From an uncultured virus (IMG/VR IMGVR_UViG_3300044557_000566) (lineage: Duplodnaviria; Heunggongvirae; Uroviricota; Caudoviricetes), in IMG/VR virus record IMGVR_UViG_3300044557_000566: a stretch of 64,000 nt of DNA, one strand, 5' to 3'. The notes under the pieces were generated by a model. It saw only the letters and a list, made by a program, of their open reading frames with translations. It was not told where the DNA came from and did no database searches. The position numbers and the translations under genes were made by a program. Every line of letters starts with the position of its first letter. The first letter of the stretch is position 1. Shown in pieces: positions 57,846-64,000 of the stretch.

Positions 57846-59237
57846 TTATTTGACCTGCGCTGACGCCTTGAGCTTTGAGAATGAGGACACGGTATCAGCA
57901 TCAGTATGGAGATCCCTTGCCGCCTTGGTTGCTGATCTCTCGAAGGCCTCGGCCAGTTTCACCTTCTCGTCCATGAGCTTTGACTTCTCAGACTGCTTAG
58001 ACGTGCTCATGTCAATGGTCTTACTCGCGGCCGTGTCAAGATCTTCCTTAGTGAACGATGACAAGAACTTCTTCTTCTCATCATCTGTCATCTTATCGTG
58101 GTCATTTAGATACATCGTGAACCTCAATGACTGCGCCTTGATAGCGTTGTCGATAATGACCCTGGCAGTTCTTCCGTTAGCGAATGCTTCCGTAGTCCTC
58201 AATTCCTCAAAGGCTTCGGTGAGAGACTTCTTATTATCATCGGTCAGCATCACGCCCTTCGCCAGCGCCTTCCTCTCAGCTATGGTCACAAGCTCGTCAT
58301 TCTTATAATTCGGGAATTCGATCTTCTCAACGAACCTTGAACGGAGGCCTGGATTAGAATCAAGGAAGTGCTCAGTCACGTCAGTATAACCGGCAATGAT
58401 GACCACGAGACGATCACGATCGTCCTCCATTCTCTTCATGAGTGTGGCTACAGCCTCCTGTCCGAACACGTCTTGCTCTCCCGTGTTCAGGTTATAGGCC
58501 TCATCAATGAAGAGAACCCCATCGAGGGCTGAGTCAATGACCTTATTCGTCTTGGGAGCCGTCTGACCCTGATACTCAGCAACCAGTCCAGACCGATCGG
58601 TCTCAACCAGATGGCCCTTCTTGAGAAGACCAATACCACGGAGCAAACGAGCGTAAATCCTGGCTACCGTTGTCTTACCAGTTCCGGGTGCTCCCAGAAG
58701 AGCGACGTGAACGGACACGTCATCAGACTCAGGATCTTTAGGATCAAGCATACCGAGCTTCTTCCTCACCTGATTGGCTGCTATAGTGGCCTGTAACTCT
58801 GATACCTGCTTCTTCACGGCTTCAAGTCCAGTAAGCTTCTGAAGATCATCCTCGGCATCCTTAAGGGTCTTAGCCCGCTCCTTGGCTTCTTCCTCGGAGG
58901 TCTTAACCTCCTCTTCCTCTGATATAGCGTCAGGCGTCTTGTTGACGATCACACCCCTCTTGCCACCAGCTATCTCCTCAGCCATAGACACTGACGGCTT
59001 GAGAACAGCCGCCTGCGAATCACCACCGGTATCCGGGATGATAGCATTGAGCTGTCCCTGAAGATACTCCCTCTGCTTGCGAACCGCCTCTTCGATACTA
59101 TCCGCGATATCGTTCGCATTATTCAGATTAGACGCGGATCCTGATTCTGCAACCAGTCTGTTAAGTTCATCCGTACTCATCTTCGTGAGGAATTCCGGCG
59201 ACAGATCCTTACCATTGATATCATTGTCCTTAGCCAA
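57846..59237 (-). CDS. SpoVK/CbbX/EccA-family AAA+ ATPase
   Basis: GLE.VK, G.PGTGKTTVAR, LV..Y.GQTAPKT, GVLFIDEAY, IAGY, NPGLRSRF, ANGR. Confidence 0.92.
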   Translation of the reverse strand: MAKDNDINGKDLSPEFLTKMSTDELNRLVAESGSASNLNNANDIADSIEEAVRKQREYLQGQLNAIIPDTGGDSQAAVLKPSVSMAEEIAGGKRGVIVNKTPDAISEEEEVKTSEEEAKERAKTLKDAEDDLQKLTGLEAVKKQVSELQATIAANQVRKKLGMLDPKDPESDDVSVHVALLGAPGTGKTTVARIYARLLRGIGLLKKGHLVETDRSGLVAEYQGQTAPKTNKVIDSALDGVLFIDEAYNLNTGEQDVFGQEAVATLMKRMEDDRDRLVVIIAGYTDVTEHFLDSNPGLRSRFVEKIEFPNYKNDELVTIAERKALAKGVMLTDDNKKSLTEAFEELRTTEAFANGRTARVIIDNAIKAQSLRFTMYLNDHDKMTDDEKKKFLSSFTKEDLDTAASKTIDMSTSKQSEKSKLMDEKVKLAEAFERSATKAARDLHTDADTVSSFSKLKASAQVK

Positions 59238-59289
59238 GGGCTGCTTCCTTCCGATAGTATTTCATCTTCCATCCGTATGAAACGTACGA

Positions 59290-60021
59290 TTAATGATCCT
59301 CATGATCTCGTACGGTTATAGTGACGCCGTACTGTCTACGGGCGGCTATCTCATTCACGTTATTCAGATAGCCTCCGTTAACGAATCCCTGAGCTGCCTT
59401 GTATGATGGGAAGATGAGCTCAACCTTATCAGATGACATCTTACTCGGCTTGGGGTACTTCTTCAACCTGCTCTGCTTCTGATCGTCACTAAGATCGCTC
59501 CTGAGGTCAATGGCCTCCCTCTTCACGTCATCCCACTCGAGGATGAGGGCGTCCGCGTTCTTGAGACCAACGTCAGCCGCACTTGTCTTCAACAACGGGA
59601 ATGGGAGATCGTCAGGCTTCCCGTCAAGATCGACGTCCGATTCGCTAGCTTGATTACTAGTGGAAGCCGCAGGCTGATCACTCTTTGATTCGGCATGGGT
59701 GTGATCTCCACTAGGAGTCTTAACAGTATCACCATCATGAGATCCAGATGCCTTGGCGACCGCTCGCTCGGCCTTTAGGATGGTCTTGGTCTCATTGAAA
59801 ACATCAATGGCCTTCACGTGAGTGATCTTACACAACTGTAGGAACACGTCATATGGTACAGTGCTCGTGAACCATCCCTTGACAGTGTCCTCATCAGTAT
59901 CGAACAATCCTGCTAGATCTGAGGGATGCAGACCAGCATCCTTGACCGCATTCTTCATGATGCCAACACTAATCTTGTTAGCGTGAGCAACGCTTCCATC
60001 AATCTTCATTATTCCATCCAA
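59290..60021 (-). CDS. XRE-like HTH protein with a possible DnaA_N/DnaX-C-like C-terminal domain
   Basis: G....DLA..F......V..W HTH-like N-terminus; low-complexity linker; W..V...P......VEL.FPS C-terminus. Confidence 0.5.
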   Translation of the reverse strand: MDGIMKIDGSVAHANKISVGIMKNAVKDAGLHPSDLAGLFDTDEDTVKGWFTSTVPYDVFLQLCKITHVKAIDVFNETKTILKAERAVAKASGSHDGDTVKTPSGDHTHAESKSDQPAASTSNQASESDVDLDGKPDDLPFPLLKTSAADVGLKNADALILEWDDVKREAIDLRSDLSDDQKQSRLKKYPKPSKMSSDKVELIFPSYKAAQGFVNGGYLNNVNEIAARRQYGVTITVRDHEDH

Positions 60022-60060
60022 TCAACTGCCAGTATAAAACTCCGAGGGTATAGGCAAGGA

Positions 60061-60738
60061 TCACAAGAACCTGAGGCTCTTGGCAAGATACTTGTACTTA
60101 GACTTGTCCTTGGGATCCCATGGCCATCCACTCTCATATGAATTGTATGGTACCTTTGGAATATGGGCCGCGGTGTCTTTATCAACCTTATCACCCTCAA
60201 TAAGATCAAGGACTGTTAAGACGTCACCATGTCTGAACCCGGATTCCGTGTACGTTGATACGATCGCATTCGTCTTACCATCAATAATAGTAGTTGACAC
60301 GACTTTTAGAGTAGGATCATTAGGCCGCTTCTTGGCCATGAACTTCTCAGCATTAATCCGGAATCTCTCCGTGGCTACTATCATGGCGTCCCTTGAGCGT
60401 TGATCTTTGACCACAATCCATCTTACCTGGCTGTTATCGGGGAATGATATGATCACAAACCTATCTTTATCGGGGCTCCCGTAGTCTCCATCAGAATCAT
60501 TGGTCGCATCGGTAGACTTATCGTCTTCATTAGGAATAGATGGGTAAGATTCCTCCAAAGTCCAATTGGAATCATACGTGTCCATCACGTCATTCCCATT
60601 ACTGCTTACAATCCCATTATCCTGATACTCATCTCCATCAAAGGCAGAGCTGGCAATAGTGTCAACAACGTTAGAAGCAGAATCGACCGTCTTCCTAAGG
60701 AATGCGCCAATTTTATAGGCTGCATCATTTCCGTCCAT
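60061..60738 (-). CDS. Hypothetical protein
   Basis: 225 aa, GGAGG RBS. Confidence 0.7.
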   Translation of the reverse strand: MDGNDAAYKIGAFLRKTVDSASNVVDTIASSAFDGDEYQDNGIVSSNGNDVMDTYDSNWTLEESYPSIPNEDDKSTDATNDSDGDYGSPDKDRFVIISFPDNSQVRWIVVKDQRSRDAMIVATERFRINAEKFMAKKRPNDPTLKVVSTTIIDGKTNAIVSTYTESGFRHGDVLTVLDLIEGDKVDKDTAAHIPKVPYNSYESGWPWDPKDKSKYKYLAKSLRFL

Positions 60739-60850
60739 CCATGACCTCCATCTTACATTGACTATTAATAAGTGATTTTAATGCAATCGTGAGGAAAAGA
60801 CAAACAATGCATCATTATAACCAATGGATTCATGTAATCACGCAGCGTAA

Positions 60851-63589
60851 TCATCGCGCATCATCAAAATCATCAAAACTGAACCCGTGACCCATGTGGG
60901 GACGATCATCATGAGCCCTCCTGACTGGGTCCTTAGGCGTCATTGGTGATTGACTGCTCCTGCGTGATCTGAATTCGGTCGGCCGTCGATTGACGGTAGA
61001 AGATTCATTCTGAGGTTGATTATCTGACTCATCTGGTTCGTCGAACGGTAATGGCAGAGAGTTACCATCTTGATTAGATCGTGTTGACGTGGATTCGTTA
61101 CGGCTCGAATCTTGAAGACTCCTCCGTCTAGAACTTCTAGTTATCGGATGTTCATTCACGCCCGTGCTCATGCCGTTGAGCGTTGGTCTCATTGGCCTTG
61201 ATTCCATTGATCTGTTTGATACAGACTTTTTAGAATCATTACCGGGAGACTCTCGAGGATTCCTAATATCCCTATTGGTTACGAAGGTCTCATGATCTCC
61301 ACGCGTGGAATCGTCGATCCGTGACGGTTGGCCGTTACCTGGAACCTGTCCGGGGGCGGTGTTCACCGTACTCCCAGAAGTCTTGCTAATGGCCATAAGG
61401 TCACGAGCTAGTCCTCGACTCAACCGGATGGACAGTGGTTCATCTATGTTAATTGGATCTGACTTAGGATCAAAGTATTCGGTGAGAACACATTCTGGCG
61501 GAATCATTCTCGTCTTATGGGCTACGGCACCAACCGTTCCCTTATCAATTGGATCAGAAGACGCCTTCTTAATGATGATTGCCTCAGACTTATACTTGTT
61601 CTGAGCGTTAGGCATGGATAGTTTCGCAAACTCAGACGGGTTCACGATCCAATCATCGTCTTGACTTGTGTTCACTTGAAGATCACGATTATTATTCCAG
61701 TTGAATGCTCCAAGGCTAGTCTCATTCCTACGATTCACAATGTACTTGTTCACGATATGAGTTCCAATAATCTTAGAAGCGAGTAGACCAGTATCGTAAT
61801 TTGATCCAGCGTGGAATATGAAGTTAGAGCAGGTATCAAGCAGTGACTTCACGTACGCATCCGATCCCGTTTCTGACGACACTTGATCTAGCGACTGGAA
61901 AGCTAGGGTGAGTCCCACGTCCGCTGATCTCGCCTTCTGGAGCATAGACTTCACGCACTCTGGAGGTAGTGACTGGAACTCATCAATATACACTCCGATA
62001 GGATTGTCCTGACCAAGATTCTTCCTCGTCTCAGTCATGTTCGCAAGATCACCGCAGATCATAGATCCTATGAGAGAGCCAAGATCATTCTTCTGGGCAG
62101 CATCAAGCGAGAATAGGACAACATTCCCCGATTCTGATGACAAGTCTGAAATATTGATGATCTTACCAGACCCAGCACCCTCACCACCCTTCATCCATTT
62201 GCCATACGAGCTAACCATAAGACCAGTCATTTTGGACAGGTACTCTCCCTGCGAGTGCTGGGCAGCCTGAACGTCAGGGGACCTCCTACTGGACGACAGG
62301 AGGTCATTAAGCTCTGACGCTTGCTGGCGGATATACGCGGCCTCTGGTATCTGGTTCATAGCCACAACCACAGCGTTGAATATGCTCTTATCAAGCATCT
62401 GAGTGAACGTCCACATCTTCCCCTGACTGCTGTCAAGAGCTGGAACCTTGTCGAGAACTCCATATTCCTTTGCTGCGTCCATTACTGCGAACACTTTTGA
62501 TAGGAATGACTGCGCCTGGTCACGGTACACTGATGCAGCAGTATCCCACTCCCGAGTGTTCAGCATCATGTCCACATCCTTTGACGTGGATCCAGATGAT
62601 AACGGGTCATATGATGACGGTCCCTCAGGGTTGCCCTGTATCCTGTATGGAAGGTCGGCTGAGAAGTGATAGAAGTTGCACCCGGACTCACGAGATCTCC
62701 TTGACAAGAACTCGGCCACCTCGGGATCCTTCTTACAGTCAATCACGAAGATGGTCTTATGATTATCAATATCCCTCGTCATCATTGATTTCAGAGTTAC
62801 CGTCTTACCGGATCCAGCAGCACCGGTCACCATCGTATGCTTAGGAGCTTCGTCCTCAGCCCTGCAGACAAGAACCTCATTCTTAATCTTCATCGGATCC
62901 TCAGGCGGGTTCAACGGTTCTTCCTCGACACCAAGGGGGATGAGATCTTTACGATGATACGGGTGGAGCTTGTCCTGCCTTATCTTACTGATCATGATCC
63001 TCTTCATAATGATCTCAACCGGACTCATCCTGAATCTGAAGTGATACATCCACTTCGGGGATAGACCCTCATTCAAGACTAGATGAGGGCTATTCCTCAT
63101 GCGAGCGCACTGCATGATCACAAATATAAAAGCAAGCCATGGGCCAATGATCAAGCATAATGGCGTGAGTGATGACATAATCCCCGATGGCAGGGTTGAT
63201 AGGCTTGCCATGATAGCATTCTTATCCGTGAACTTAAGACCACGGATAAGATCTATGGCTGGTTTGAATCCTCCCTTATCATTGAACCACGCTATTCCAA
63301 TGATGGATAGGATAGCGTTCAGGGTCGCTATGAACGTCGGCCTGAACCTCATGAGTCTGAAGAAGACCATGTACACGACCAGCGCGACGATCAGGGCTGG
63401 AAGAGCAATGAATGCTAGAACTATTATTATAATGAAGCCAATGGTCTTCACTATGGCATCATCGGTCTGGGCGGACCCGGTTCCGTCAGACCAACCATGG
63501 TTATGTGCCCCCCAGTCACCCGAGTTGTACTGTCCGTCGAACCCCGAGCCCTTATTATAACGGTTTATGTAATCCTCATCGCCTAGCAT
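60851..63589 (-). CDS. VirD4/TraD-like type IV coupling protein
   Basis: N-terminal TMs, HTMVTGAAGSGKT, IDCK.D, YDPL, YIDEFQ, KARSA......FQS..Q; disordered C-terminus. Confidence 0.85.
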   Translation of the reverse strand: MLGDEDYINRYNKGSGFDGQYNSGDWGAHNHGWSDGTGSAQTDDAIVKTIGFIIIIVLAFIALPALIVALVVYMVFFRLMRFRPTFIATLNAILSIIGIAWFNDKGGFKPAIDLIRGLKFTDKNAIMASLSTLPSGIMSSLTPLCLIIGPWLAFIFVIMQCARMRNSPHLVLNEGLSPKWMYHFRFRMSPVEIIMKRIMISKIRQDKLHPYHRKDLIPLGVEEEPLNPPEDPMKIKNEVLVCRAEDEAPKHTMVTGAAGSGKTVTLKSMMTRDIDNHKTIFVIDCKKDPEVAEFLSRRSRESGCNFYHFSADLPYRIQGNPEGPSSYDPLSSGSTSKDVDMMLNTREWDTAASVYRDQAQSFLSKVFAVMDAAKEYGVLDKVPALDSSQGKMWTFTQMLDKSIFNAVVVAMNQIPEAAYIRQQASELNDLLSSSRRSPDVQAAQHSQGEYLSKMTGLMVSSYGKWMKGGEGAGSGKIINISDLSSESGNVVLFSLDAAQKNDLGSLIGSMICGDLANMTETRKNLGQDNPIGVYIDEFQSLPPECVKSMLQKARSADVGLTLAFQSLDQVSSETGSDAYVKSLLDTCSNFIFHAGSNYDTGLLASKIIGTHIVNKYIVNRRNETSLGAFNWNNNRDLQVNTSQDDDWIVNPSEFAKLSMPNAQNKYKSEAIIIKKASSDPIDKGTVGAVAHKTRMIPPECVLTEYFDPKSDPINIDEPLSIRLSRGLARDLMAISKTSGSTVNTAPGQVPGNGQPSRIDDSTRGDHETFVTNRDIRNPRESPGNDSKKSVSNRSMESRPMRPTLNGMSTGVNEHPITRSSRRRSLQDSSRNESTSTRSNQDGNSLPLPFDEPDESDNQPQNESSTVNRRPTEFRSRRSSQSPMTPKDPVRRAHDDRPHMGHGFSFDDFDDAR

Positions 63590-63671
63590 ACGGTGAAGAT
63601 ATCAATGGGATTCATAGTCGGGTTGATGGGTGGCCTGCTGATTGAACGTGGTCTTCAATCAGCGTCCGCCA

Positions 63672-64000
63672 TCAGATGCGGCGAATGTTCCTACGCCTTA
63701 TAGCGTCCTCGGCCTGGTGCTTCGCGTACTCAGTGACAAAGTTCCTCAAGTGATCATCAGCAGGCCATCCAACGCGCTTCCAATTATCTGCCTCAGGTAC
63801 GTACTGATAGATTGGCTGCGTCTTGATCTTCGCGGCCTCAGTATCTCCAACAATCTTCGTGACCTCTTCAATGGCAAGCACGCGATACTTGTTCTTCGGC
63901 CTACCGAGCTGTATGATATAGTCAACAGCGTTCGCGATGTCCTGGTTGATAGACGCTGATGGCGTGGTTCCATTGCCAGGAGCTCTCTTCGCAAAGTTGA
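63672..64000 (-). CDS. 3' part of a gene running off the window
   Basis: Frame stays open from the window end to the stop at 63672. Confidence 0.6.
   Translation of the reverse strand, partial: NFAKRAPGNGTTPSASINQDIANAVDYIIQLGRPKNKYRVLAIEEVTKIVGDTEAAKIKTQPIYQYVPEADNWKRVGWPADDHLRNFVTEYAKHQAEDAIRRRNIRRI

Overview
This window looks like part of a very large extrachromosomal element, most likely a conjugative megaplasmid and less likely a jumbo phage. The host is probably actinobacterial (inference from the tmRNA tag, NrdH and the I-E repeat type). Almost all genes lie on the minus strand. The element carries its own replication and expression genes: DnaE, a Pif1/RecD-like helicase, type IIA topoisomerase A and B, NAD-dependent ligase, NrdH, a sigma-70 factor and a tmRNA. 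It also has a VirD4/TraD-like coupling protein, Tad/Flp pilus-like genes, a ParB-like plus TAGT-like glycosyltransferase pair and TelA/XpaC. A complete type I-E CRISPR-Cas locus has an atypical array (27-nt repeat with 3-nt loop, 35-36-nt spacers). Notable non-coding structure: (i) a dispersed 92-93-bp element in three full copies whose 19-bp core is flipped relative to its arms in one copy; (ii) degenerate CRISPR mini-arrays at the promoters of two replication genes, one about 20 kb from the main array; (iii) a recurrent TGATATCTT promoter motif; and (iv) a sigma gene that appears to need a non-canonical ATT start. All calls come from motif recognition by eye, and no database searches were run.
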